Source: Lytechinus pictus (lineage: Eukaryota). From it: 64,000 nucleotides of DNA. The position numbers were made by a program, and so were the translations under genes. Positions 26,324-38,315 of this stretch are shown here, in pieces. Numbering within the stretch: position 1 is the first letter of the stretch; every line of letters begins with the position of its first letter. Where the stretch lies: positions 10,666,001 to 10,730,000 of the forward strand of contig NC_087245.1 of NCBI RefSeq assembly GCF_037042905.1. Direction: 5' to 3'. The notes under the pieces were generated by a model. That model had not been told where the DNA came from. It searched no databases and saw only the letters and a list, made by a program, of their open reading frames with translations.

Positions 26324-28899
26324 GTAGGAACTCCGCAAACTTTTTTTTCTAAAATAGATGTTGTCATGTACATTGAAAGGTGTCTAGTTACACAATCTAC
26401 TGGCTAGCAATACTCCTGAATGATATAAAACCCACTAAAGCAATCTAAGACATGGATATCATTTAATATTTGACACTAACACCACAACGGGAAAATCTAA
26501 TTGCAGTCCAAACTTGGATAATCTTCAGCAGAATTGGATCATTTTGGCCGACCCCAACAGAAGCGTGCCAGCTAAACCCATTTTCTTACTTACATTCAAT
26601 TTCGAATACATTGAGGGGTCGAATCTTACCTGATGAGAAAGGGAGTCCCTTAGCTCTTTAGAGGTCAGAGGCTTCTAGTCTATTTATCTGCTGCTGTTAT
26701 GGCCTCTGCCTTGAGTAGAAAAGTTCATCACCGTTTGTTGTCAGGTGTATCAGTCGAATCAGGTGGTTTTAGAGGCATTACACTAAACTTGGTACATGCA
26801 TTTTGTCACCTTTCGAATTGACTGGTGTAATAGCTTGTTATTTGGTCTTCCCCAAAAGACATATACCGGATAAAGATCAGACTAGACTTGTAACCCATGC
26901 TCTTACACATCAAAACATTAACAATACGCTTAAGATCGGCTTGTTGTTGAAAAGGGAATCGCAAGCATTTTTGTTTGGTTTTTAAAACACTTCACCATGT
27001 TCACGGCTTATGTGCATCCTATTTATCCAAGTTGCCATAACCCATCCCGGGAACCTTCGAGAAAAAAGCACGTCTTCTAATTCCTGGAAGCCACACATGC
27101 TTCTATTGTGGCAGACCATCTGCTGTAGCTGGACCAACCCTTTGGAACAAATGACCTCTCAACATCAACTAGATATCCACTTATTCAACTTTCAAGTCTT
27201 AGCTTGACATTTTTTTGAAACATTTTTTTCGTATTTCTTGGTTCATTGTAGTCTTGCTGTACTGGTAACCAACTCAGTTCTTGATTTGCTTGATAAGTTA
27301 GTAAGTAATTTACTACTAATAATATAGGCATTCCTTTGATATATTAGGCCCAATATGTATTTTTGTCCATATTGGAAAGGGCTTAGAGAAACATCCGGTT
27401 TATTTTATGTTATAATTTCAAACTTACTCTATGTAATATTATCGTCTGACAAGTCTGATCTGAAAACTTTCCTTAATTCTGATTGACTCAGAAGCCTATT
27501 TTCTGTGGTCACTATTGGATACAACATACTTTGTCAAATAAAATATCCTTTCAAGAAATGCTTCCATGATCTCAATGTATATTTTCAAAGGAAGGGCGAG
27601 CAAAGCAACGGAGTAGAGAAAGATTACATTATTTTGTCCATAAAAAAAACCAAAGTTTGAGCTTGGCTGACACTTTGGTATACAGCAACTTGGACGGACA
27701 CATCCTAGAAAATATGCGATGGGTCGAAGTGACTGGTTGTTATGTAGTAAGTTAATTTCATAGTATTCAATTTCACACGAACAGGAAATATATTTATTCT
27801 CTCATGCTTATTGCGTGATCGCTCATTAAATTATAGAATCGGAATAGAGCAGTTGGTAAACCCATCAATTCCCGATCATTGTAATGTATCAGATTGTCAT
27901 TGCCACGATGAAAATGCTTATATAGACAACATGTTGCACAAATTTTGTAGTTAACAATAATAATGAAAAATCAATCGAACACACATATGATTTATCATTT
28001 ACAGTCGCGGGAGACACACGTCCCTTAACGGTGTACAATCAAACACATAAAAATGTTCATCTTTTAATTCTCGCTATCACAACACAGTCACAAATACGGA
28101 ACAGACTTCACGCAACCGCGTAGCCAGGATTTCATTTTGGAGGGGGCGGTAAATGCACGCGAAGCGTGCCAACATTTACAGAGCGCGCGAAGCGCGCTCC
28201 CTAAGGGGTTGGGTGCAGGGAGGGGGAGTATCGATCAACCTTTTTTGAGCTTGCACTTTATGCATCGACGTTAGGATTCTCTCGATAGATCTTCATCCAT
28301 GTAATCGAGGCACATGCATAATTCCCCCCCTTTAATTTGGGGTGATATGGTGACCACAATTCTACCCTATTTGTCTGCCAACTATTACACGGACGACTCC
28401 TGGGCTGCAGCCCGTACAGCGGGCCGCAGTTGCCTGGGTTAGTCAAAATCTACCACAAAATCAGATTTTGTATAGAGTCTAGATCTAGAACTAAGTTAGA
28501 TCCTCTAAAAAAGGCAATTTTTTTTGCTAACTCACAGCTTAAAAAAAAAAAAATTGTCTTTTTTTATTACTGTCTGGCCACCAAACTTTTTATATTCACA
28601 AGCCACCCACCCCCCCTTGACAACTATAAGAAAAAAAAATCCCTCACAGTTACAGAGAACAATATTTGTGTTAGTCACCCCCCCCCCCAAAAAAAAAAAA
28701 ACATGCCCAAGCCGAGGCCAAACACGAGCGTGAACACCAATCGACACCCATCCATGCTTCTCGAGACTTGACTGTATTTTTGTCCCCACAACGACCCAAG
28801 CCACAAAAAAATAAAGGCTCACTCTCACACAACTGTTCACATATCACACTGACTTAATTAGGTAATTAAAGACTAAAGTCCGAAAGTCAGATAATTACA

Positions 28900-30820
28900 G
28901 TCCATCGAATCGATATTGCATTTAATGTGGATTATTGGTGGATCACTGGCAATTGATTTCATGGGTCAGATCACCTCTCCAGCCGAAACCATTTCGCATG
29001 CGTTGATATGTACATAGCATATATGCAATAGGCCATAATACGTCTGAGCAACATCCGAATTTGCGGGTTTTTTCTTTTACCTGCTCCTCCTACACAAACG
29101 ACATGCCTCTAGCACACAATGTAATGGGCATTATGTTTTACTTTCCCCAGAAATGGGGGATTAGATTCAAATAGGCCTATACGTAACGTACTTGCCCACT
29201 TTTTCCATTTTTACGCGTGGTCGCACCTGGTAATCCCGACCTTTCGTTGGAGAACGCGAACGCTTATTTACGACGGTAGTTGATTTTGGAAGAGCCTTTT
29301 GGGCCCATCGTCATGGTGGTAAAACTCTGTCCTGTAATGCAAATTGTGTGACATGAGATTTTTTTTTCGTTCGCATCTGGAACGGAAACATTCAATCTGC
29401 GTTTCGTGTGCAAAATTCTGGTTGCTACTATGGTAACATCGATATATCCGATTTAGGACGACTTTCCAGAGCCACATTTGGTTCCTCCCAGAGCTCGAGA
29501 GGCCGCCCGAGGGGACCACTTCAATTGAAGAGTGGATACCAGGCGCGGCCACGCGTAAAAGGGAAAGAGTGGGCAAGTACGTTACGTATAGGCCTATGTA
29601 ACGTTATAAGGGTGTCAAAAACGATGTTTAAAAATACTGAAAAGGGGGATATGTTTTCAATACTTGTAGGGTTTCACAAGCTAAATACTTGTTAAGAGAT
29701 GCATTTTCATAATCTGGAAAAGACTTGCCTCCCTTGCTTAGGGTGCATTTCGAAACCCCATGGTCGTGCCTGGTATCCACTTATCAATGGGAGTGGTCCC
29801 CCCTGGAATTTGAATCTAATCCCCCATTTCTGGGGAAAGTAAAACATAATGCCCATTACATAGTGTGCTAGAGGCATATCGTTTGTGTAGAAGGAGTAAG
29901 CAAAAGAAAAAAACCCGCAAATTTGGCTGGTGTTCAGACGCGTTTAGCACGTTTAGGCCTATTGCCTATGCCGTGTACATATCAACACATGCGAAATGGT
30001 TTCGGCTGGAGACATGGGAGAGGTGATCTGACCCATGGAATCAATTGCCAGTGATCCACCAATAATCCACATTAAATGCAATAATGATCTATATCAAAGC
30101 CTTAATTCAGTAACTTTTTTCTCACTCCATATGTACTCGATTTGATTGAAAAACCACTTTCTTATCCATGTCATAATCTATTGTAGGCCCTGCATTTCAA
30201 ATATCTCCAGCCAGCTGTCATAGTAGAGGCTCGCCGCCGGCTCATGGGGCATATACGATGATGACCATCAGTCGTAATGTACATGCATGTATGGTGCGGG
30301 TGTCGCGGGAAAGAATTTTGCACACGAAAAGCAGAACTGTAGGGCCTGTAACCCCCCTGTAACACAAAGCTTAGAAATGATTGTAGAGCAGTTTTCTACG
30401 TTTGATTCTATTGACTATAATGTACAATCTTAAAAACCAAGTGTATGATTAAGCGTTAACTTTTGTGTTAGGGGACCCTAATATTACCGTCCGTGAGGTT
30501 TGCGAAAGGTGGCTATTCACTCGTCAATGGAAGTGGCCCCCCGGGCGGCCTCTCGAGCTCTGGGAGGAACCAAATGTGGCTCTGGAAAGTCGTCCTAAAT
30601 CGGATATATCGCTGTTACCATAGTAGCAACCAGAATTGTGCACACGAAACGCAGATTGAATGTTTCCGTTCCAGATGCGAAACGAAAAAAAAAATCTCAT
30701 TTCACACAATTTGCATTGCAGGGCAAAGTTTTACGACCATGATGACGGGCCCAAAAGTCTCTTCCAAAATCAGTATACCGTCGTAAATAAGCGTTCGCGT
30801 CCTCCAGCGAAAGGTCGGGA
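28900..30820. repeat. Rearranged composite repeat with multiple inverted duplications
   Basis: 28902-29172 is rc of about 29810-30080. 29172-29232 is rc of about 29537-29595. 30525-30820 is rc of about 29232-29530. The core equals 7595-8773. Confidence 0.8.
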
Positions 30821-30824
30821 ATTA

Positions 30825-32110
30825 CAGCGAGCGCAAACAGAAATTTTCAATATGGGTTCAGGCTTGATAAAAAAGGGACCTGTTAAGGACGATTTGCAGT
30901 TAGTAATTAAGACGATACATATTTTAACTTTTAGATAATGCGAGCGCGAAGGGCGAGCTGAATATTTTTTTGACATTTCGACCTTAATAATTGATATTCA
31001 AAGCACTTTTTGAAATAAACGGAATAGGTATAAAACTTAACAATTGATGCGAGCGCGAAGCGCGAGCGGAAAAAATCGAGATTTCAGACCTGGACCGGTG
31101 AATAATTTTAGCACGTTTTGAATAAAGATCAAGCTGCGTATCTCAATAAACATGTGTGCGCGTGTTTTAGACTTAGACAGAATCTGGGCATTCTGAATAC
31201 ATTTCATTTTTTATCATGTAAATCAATAATGCGAGCGCGAAGCGCGATCGGAAAATATTTGATATTCCGGTATGAAAAGGGTGAATCTAAGCACTGTGTA
31301 GGGAAATTATGAGGTGTAGGTGGATAGCACTTAATAAATTATGCGAGTGCGAAGCGCGAGCTGATATCTTTATTATAATTTTGACCTAGGACCTGGATAT
31401 TCTAGGTCTAAGGACATTTTGTCATATGAAAATGATGACTAACTTCCTATTCCTTTTCCTAATCGCGATATGAAACTCGTCGATATTCCTTTCTGAAAAA
31501 GGGACAGTTTAGTTATTAGAAATTCATGAAATTCTATTATCATATTTATCAATGTAATAACCTAATGAGTGAGTGAAATTTGTTGACATTTGAGGCCTGA
31601 AAACTGCATATTTTAAGCACTTTTGTAATTATGAATAGGATTTATGTTGATATATATTTAACTATTAATGCGAGCGCAAATCGCTAGACGAAATTATTGA
31701 TAAACTGTCATAAAAGGGGATTTTAAGTAGTTTGTTACAGAATTAATATAGATAGAATCTTATTGAATAAACAAAGAGAATATGTAGGCCTACTTGGCAG
31801 ATCAAATAATGCGAGCGCACAGCGCAAAAATCTGCAAATGATATTCGCACTATAAAACGGACATTTTACAGAGCACTTAAAAATCAATTTGTAATTAAAC
31901 AAAATAATAAAAGCTCGATGTCCGAGCTGAAATATGTTTTGTATATTGACTTCAAATTTGATATTTTAAGCTACATATCAGCCTACTGAGCAAGATATTT
32001 ATTTCATCCAACAGGCTATGCGAGTGCGAAGCGCGAGCAAAAATTTAATAAAGTGACATGAAATATATATTTTTAAATCATTTTCCAAGTCTTCCCCGGA
32101 TCCGCCTATG
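30825..32110. mobile_element. hAT-like element remnant with gcgagcgcgaagcgcgagc repeats
   Basis: Same internal motif array as 3422-4583. Ends in ggatccgcctatg, a TIR-like terminus. Confidence 0.6.
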
Positions 32111-32234
32111 TAAAATACGAATGTTGGACCCTGCCAATTTTTTGACATTTGTGTCCCTGCAAAACCTTCGCAAAACATTTGTGAGCCCCGGGTAAACGGT
32201 GCTTTGTGATTAAAATAAAAGATATTTCTATTTA

Positions 32235-32730
32235 TCCTAACATAAAGTTGAAACTTTTGATCTCAACACAAAGACAAAAAATCGAAGAAAACCTCGAAAT
32301 TCTCGGCTGCTAACTGCAGCCTTCCTCAGCGATGACCGAAGTGACCTGATTCGACCTGTTGATGTAGCGATCGATAATCGGGTCGTAAACACTCGGAAGT
32401 TTGTATTACCCTCCTTCCCTATTGAGAGAAGGTTTGTACTCCCAGATGTATATCGCTTCTTTCACACCTCTCTCAAAGTACCGCGACTCCCTGTCCAGCA
32501 CTTGTACCTTGTTGATGTCCAGGTGATTCGATGTGAATGTGCTGCGATACCTCCGAAGAAATACAAGCTTCAGAGTGTCTACGACCCGATTATCGATCGC
32601 TACGTCACCAGGTCGAAGCGGGTCACTGCGGTCATCGCTGAGAAAGGCTGCCGTTAGCAGCCGAACATTTCGATGTAATTCTTCGAATATTTACATTGTG
32701 TTGAGATTAAAAGTTTTAACTTTATGTTAT
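32235..32730 (-). mobile_element. Penelope-like element 3' fragment with inverted pseudo-LTR
   Basis: The minus strand at about 32530-32360 reads NHLDINKVQVLDRESRYFERGVKEAIYIWEYKPSLNREGG*YKLPSVYDPII, a GIY-YIG C-terminus. Inverted arms carry HHR-like motifs at 32292-32334 (-) and 32633-32675 (+). Confidence 0.85.
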
Positions 32731-32831
32731 TTTCAACCAACACAGATGAACTTTCATGATCAGATATTTATCCTGATGAATTGAATAATGAGATAATTAA
32801 ATTTTTTTTTTCATTACATTCATGCCCACAG

Positions 32832-33151
32832 TCGGAAATCATGCAGATTCCTCTCGGTTTGCTTCTGACTTTGTTTTCGGTCTCCCTGCAAGTGGCCAGA
32901 GTAGTTCATATATCGGAGACTACGGGTGTTTTGTTCAGACTACCCAACCATTTGGTACTGACTTCAGTGCAGCTCGACCAGCCAGGAATGAGGCTGGTGT
33001 CTACACCATATCTGCTGAGCTGCCTCAACATATGAAGCTGACATTTACAGCAGGGCCATCAGTTACCAGAGACACGGGATTGCACAATGGAACCTTGACG
33101 GTCTTTCTTGAAAACACTCTTGTCATGTACTTATTCGGAGCCAACACAGAT
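32832..33151 (+). CDS. Secreted IgGFc-binding/mucin/PAN protein, coding exon 2
   Basis: Acceptor cccacag (phase 1), open frame (V)GNHADSSRFASDFVFGLP...GANTD, donor gtaagt (phase 0). Confidence 0.8.
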
Positions 33152-33486
33152 GTAAGTCTAAACAGGGAATTGCCTTAGTAACAATTTAAGTTAGGAAGCT
33201 GGACTTGTAAACACGCACATATGCGTTCATTCTAGATTATAATGGAGTAAAAGCGTTTGTATGGTGTCATATTATGTAGGCCTACCTCTGTTTGGAATGA
33301 CTGTATTGATGGCACAGGCTTCTCCATCACAGTAAATTATGCATGTTAAATCACGTTAATCTATTGTGTTTTAAAAATTTGACGATTTTTAGTCACCATT
33401 ATCTGCTTACACTGTCTACAATCATCATACACCACTGGTTCGTAAATATCCGAGGGGTTCTTTTTGTTTACCTTTCTTCTGTGCAG

Positions 33487-34471
33487 GACCAGGCATATGG
33501 TGCCACCGCCGTAATTCCCCTTGAATATCTAGGTCAGGAATATTTTGTATCAGTTCGAGCTGGACCAAGCCCTGGAGAAGTGGTAATCTCTTCAACCGGT
33601 GAAGCAACTTTGATTTGCCTGACACCCAATGGTCCTTTTACATACAATGGCATCAGTTATTCTGCTCCCTTATCGAGTGTCCAATTTGAGATTCCGGCCT
33701 GGTATCAAATGGTAATCACAAGCTCATCGAACGACTTTACAGGGTCAAGAATACTGGCAAACACGACCGTTTCTGTCGTTAGTGGGTCGGCTTGTGCTGT
33801 CAGTCCAAGGCAAGGAAACGAATCGTGTGACTATGCCATGGAACATCTGATGCCTTACGATAAATGGGGAACCATCTTTAATGTACCGCCATTTATAGAT
33901 GGGGTTTCTACGGGTTTCTATGTCCAGATTACCGCTGGGAGAGACGATACGACTATCAACGTCGATGGTACTGTAATCAGTCTTGATCAAGGACAGACTG
34001 AGAGCCGAGATGTCAACAACATCAACGACATTCTACGGATCACCAGTGATAAGCCCATCCAAGTAGTGCAGGTACTCGATGGAGCCACATCAATGGTTGT
34101 CATTCCACCTGAAGAACAATACACCCTCCAGACTTCTTACTTTCGTTTATCGGGTGCTGCATCCCTCGATTTATATTTTAACCACTTTTTTACAATCGTG
34201 GCTCCGTGCTCGTCCAGTTCAGGGATCACCGTTACTTCTTCAGCTTCTGGTTTCGCTAATTTGGCACCGTCTTCAACAATTAATGGTGGCATGATGTGTG
34301 CCTATTTTCACCAAGGAACCGAATTAGCTACCTATACGGTCTCGCAATACGATCCCGATGGGGCCTTCTTTGTTGTTAATTATGGAAGATACGGCACTGC
34401 AGGATATGCTTATGTGGGTGCTCAAAAGTACGAAACACAAAGATGCACAGACTATCAGACTATAACTTGTA
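33487..34471 (+). CDS. Secreted IgGFc-binding/mucin/PAN protein, coding exon 3 (IgGFc-binding N-terminal domain)
   Basis: Acceptor cttctgtgcag. Motifs VIPLEYLGQEYFV, CDYAMEHLMPYDKWG, ITSDKPIQVVQ, MVVIPPEEQY and GYAYVG are typical of FCGBP N-terminal domains. Donor gtgagt (phase 1). Confidence 0.92.
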
Positions 34472-34616
34472 GTGAGTATAAATATTATTATTGTTATGTA
34501 CTAAATGTATTAAAGAAAGAGCATTCACCCCGACGTTGTGTTGTAAAAATTGTCTTTTACTAACATCACGCGGCACAATATGCTACATCTAACTGGACAA
34601 CTGTTATTCATTTAAG

Positions 34617-34992
34617 AGCCGTGGGAGAGCCATGATGTAGTGGTTCTGACTCTCACCTTGTAAACAGAGGGTCGTATGTTCGAATCCCATCGCGGTCTAG
34701 CATCCTTTGGCAAGGCGTTAATCCACACTTTGCCACTCTCGACCCAGGTGCTAAATGGGCCCGGTAAATGGGTACCCGGTAGGATGCGAAAGATATTGTA
34801 TGTTTGAATTTGCCAGCGCCATAATGAGGCTGCGATGAATGCAATGAATGCTCCCCAGGGAGTAGAAATTCTACACTTTTCGTGCGGGATTGAAATGAAT
34901 CCAATGACCGGGGTAATGATATGCTGTAAAGTGCTTTGAGCCGTTCTGGGAAAAGCGCTATATAAAAATTGACTAGTATTATTATTATTATT
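34617..34992 (+). mobile_element. tRNA-derived SINE with L2-like 3' tail (intronic)
   Basis: A box tgatgtagtgg, B box gttcgaatcc, central cctttggcaaggc..ccactctcgacccaggtg, tail gtaaagtgctttgag..aaagcgctatataaa followed by (tat)n. Confidence 0.88.
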
Positions 34993-35481
34993 TGATTCAA
35001 TTTCCATTATCTAAAAATAGTAGCAACAACAAAAGCCTGAAATCCGACAAAAACTAGTTGCTATTATTGAATATGCTCTGAAGATTTCAGTCAGATTAAA
35101 ACAGAATTCAAGGACATACCAAAATGTGGCTTCTCTACCGATTACTGTGCAAGACAATTACCCTCTCTTATGTGCATCTACTACAGATTTCTTATTTCTG
35201 CGATTTAACGGACTAGTTTCAAGCCCATTAATAGAGTATCAAGTGCGTGATATATGTGCGCTCACAACACAACCCAATGCAATTGCCTTGAGTTGATTAA
35301 TTGTACTACAGTATCTGCGAAGCAAGATCAACAACGCAAATCTTTGTTTTAGTTAATCATTCATTGTTTCAATAATTCAAATACATTTAGATGTTAATGG
35401 TTTCATTTTTAAGGACATGCAAATCCAGAAGAAATTAGGTGAAAGTGAATAAATTATTTTTATCATATACTCCAAACATAG

Positions 35482-35685
35482 ATCCTCCAACGACAGTCCA
35501 AACAACAACTACGTCGCCTTCTACAACAACACCGCAGATGACAACAACAATAACAACTACAACTGATGCACCTACTACAACACCGAGTACCGAACCCCCG
35601 ACGACAACAGTGACAACCACAACACAGACAATTACCACTGCAAGAAGTACCGAAATCCCAACGACAGCAGCTTCAACAACCTCAG
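35482..35685 (+). CDS. Secreted IgGFc-binding/mucin/PAN protein, coding exon 4 (Thr/Pro-rich stalk)
   Basis: Acceptor aaacatag (phase 1), PPTTVQTTTTSPSTTT...ASTTS, donor AG|gtacat (phase 1). Confidence 0.85.
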
Positions 35686-36508
35686 GTACATTAAAAGTAG
35701 TGGGTTCTTTACAATTTCTTAGTGCAAGTTAATTTAATAGAGCTAAAGGATATTAACCAGTATGATACAAAACAATTGTAATTACATGTGGACTGATGTG
35801 TCTGTGTCTTTATCCTGTCGACCATGCCTTGTAACTCTCTTCATAAGCCTGAACACTAGTTTGGCGACTCTTTAATTATGAAAAAAAAAAATGTTTTTTA
35901 CGTGTATACAACTCTAAAAACACTTATTTGCTATTGCACTGATCCATCAGAAGGGTATCCAAAAATATTTACAAGTGCAGATTAACTTAATAATCTATGA
36001 ACTAGTGGATTGAATGATAGCAAGCTGTTTTCATATAAAAGCTTGTTGTAACGTTTGTAAAGTTTTCCTTCAGCGATACTTCAATTCCACGCGTTGGTGC
36101 TGATACAAAGCAATGCAAATGAGCTCTAACGAAAATGTTTATTCTTATACCAAATTTTGACGCGAATACGTCGGTTACATAAACGCACTAAAACACAAAG
36201 GACATAAACATCCGCACATACCATCACTTACCCGCATACACCCTCCTGAACACACATGTACACACAAAAGCATTAATCCTCGAATGCTTAGCAGTGTAAT
36301 TAATCATATGCAGAAATTTTAAATAATGAAGTGTGTAAAAGAATAAAGTAAAATAAAGTAAATTACAGGTTTATTAACTTCATTATATAGGCTTCACTAT
36401 ACAGTCAGTTCATTGGAGTTTTGGAAAGTGTTCAATACCATGGGGTATATAGAGCAAGTCGAATGTTGAACATACCTTGGATCCGCTACCCTGGGTTTCA
36501 CGCGCAAA

Positions 36509-37904
36509 GCGATCTTCAGTCGGTCTGGGGCCTGTTGCATAAAACTTTTTCCATGAAAAAATCTGGCAAGTTTTTTTGCCAGAGGTTTTAATGTGTAATA
36601 TTCAATGGCATAAATTTAATTGTCAGAGTTTTTGTTTATTTGCCAGAGTTTTGTTATGGCAAAAGTTTTATGCAACGGGTCCCTGTTGTCTAAGTGATGA
36701 CTTTTTCTAATGTGGCGTGATGCGGTTCGTTTTCCACGGTCGAATGGTCCTGAGTGCCTGCATTTAGTAATGAGCTGCAATCTTTTGTTGAGTGTGTGTT
36801 TGTTCGTGAAGATGAAGTATTTTCCTCTAGGCAAAGGTTACAGATGCCATTCTTCCTTTAAGCTACGTTTTATTTTTTTCACTTCCTCCCACTTGAGTTC
36901 GTATTCTGTTTTTTCATTATTTAATTTCCAAATGTACTTAGAGAGTTCCGTTTCATTTTTACATCTTTCATAGTTAAATGATTTCTTATGATTGGCGTTT
37001 CTGTCTTTGAAAGCCCCACCGGTTGATCCGTAGTATTCTTTTTGCCCACGCTCTGACGCTTTGAGCCAGAGGCAGTTGGACTGAAGTGGGCTTACCGCCC
37101 TCTGTCTGCATTTGCAGTTAGATTTTTCCGCCGGCTTAGGTCACACGGGCCTAACTACAACTGGCAAGCAAAATATATTCATTCGAGCCAACCCATACCT
37201 CAATTTTTAAATTTGATATTGCTGATTGACAAAAATGAATGAATTTGATTGACAATCTAACACTGATTCTAGAAAGGATACCTACTGAACTTCCTTTATC
37301 CAAATTGGAAAGATATATCACTACTTTGGAAGTGTTTTTTTTACTGGCGGAAGGATTGGGGCCATTTTACTCTCTCAAGTGATGAATTTGATCCCGTCAA
37401 TTGTTGTCTTCATAAATGTTGATTTATTTTTAAAATGAGCCGGTCGAGGTACCCTTTTCTGGTCAGATATGGAATGTCAGACATTATCCTATCCACTGGT
37501 AGTAGACATTCAACCCTCGAATTTCCTCCTTATTTTTTATGAATTCTTTTAAAGTGCCACTTTAACACACGAGTCTATGGGAAATGAATTAGGCCTGTGA
37601 TTCCCTTACTGATAATGGCAGGGGGTGGTTAGACAAGCGGTTCACGTAGAGGGGGTTGTCATTTGGTTTTCTGTACGGCTGATAGGTCTCATTGTTTAAG
37701 TTTAGTGTTACATCTAAGTAGTCCACACATTTAAAGTTCGTTTAGACAGTGATTTTTAGCCCCATATGCTTGAAGATTATAGTCAAGTCTTTTTCTGCTC
37801 TGCTACCTGACGACCTGCAGGCACTCAGGGCCATTTGACCGTGGAAAACGAACCGCAGCACGCCAAAAAGTCACCACTTTGACAACAGACCGCCTGAAGA
37901 TCTC
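36509..37904. mobile_element. Non-autonomous DNA transposon with ~90-bp TIRs (superfamily uncertain)
   Basis: The left TIR gatcttcagtcggtctg|ttgtc..ttttccacggtcgaatggtcctgagtgcctgca is interrupted by a MITE. It pairs with tgcaggcactcagggccatttgaccgtggaaaa..gacaacagaccgcctgaagatc on the right. Confidence 0.75.
36528..36682. mobile_element. Harbinger-type MITE inserted in the TIR of another element
   Basis: TIRs gggcctgttgcataaaactttt / aaaagttttatgcaacgggtcc with a CTG TSD. The end of a same-family copy is at window positions 1-27. Confidence 0.85.
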
Positions 37905-37990
37905 TCTATATTTTACTTTTGTCAAATAAGTTATCATTATTAAAGAACAGAACCACTTTATTGTATTTTATACCTCTTTTAATAATCCAG

Positions 37991-38241
37991 TTGCTGATTC
38001 AAGAAAGGTTTCAGGCTACTTCTTACGTCGTTTCCCAGACAAGTCTGTTTCATCGAGCAAGCAAATTGAAACTGTTGAAGGTACAACTCAGATCCGATGT
38101 GCACAACATTGCCTAGATAAAATCAACTGCCAGTCATTTAGCTGGGGGACATCGACTCAGCATTGCATACTCGGTGGCTCTATTGATTCACAGTCAGATA
38201 TTGTGCAAGATGATGGGGTTGATATATTTGTTCGCTCATGA
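37991..38241 (+). CDS. Secreted IgGFc-binding/mucin/PAN protein, last coding exon (PAN/Apple domain)
   Basis: Acceptor aatccag (phase 1). Reads (V)ADSRKVSGYFLRRFPDK...TQIRCAQHCLDKINCQSFSWGTSTQHCILGG...DIFVRS*, a CxxxCx5CxSF..CxL PAN pattern. This frame is absent from the ORF track. Confidence 0.85.
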
Positions 38242-38315
38242 TAGGGGCAGTTCAGCCCATGAACAGGTACACCCCTGATACAAAAGAACGTGTGCAAGAA
38301 AATTCTACGGCGGCT

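Noticed and set aside
33343..33486. N-terminal hydrophobic part of the 406-aa ORF as a signal or TM segment
   Set aside because: It lies upstream of a strong splice acceptor at 33486 and is intronic read-through.
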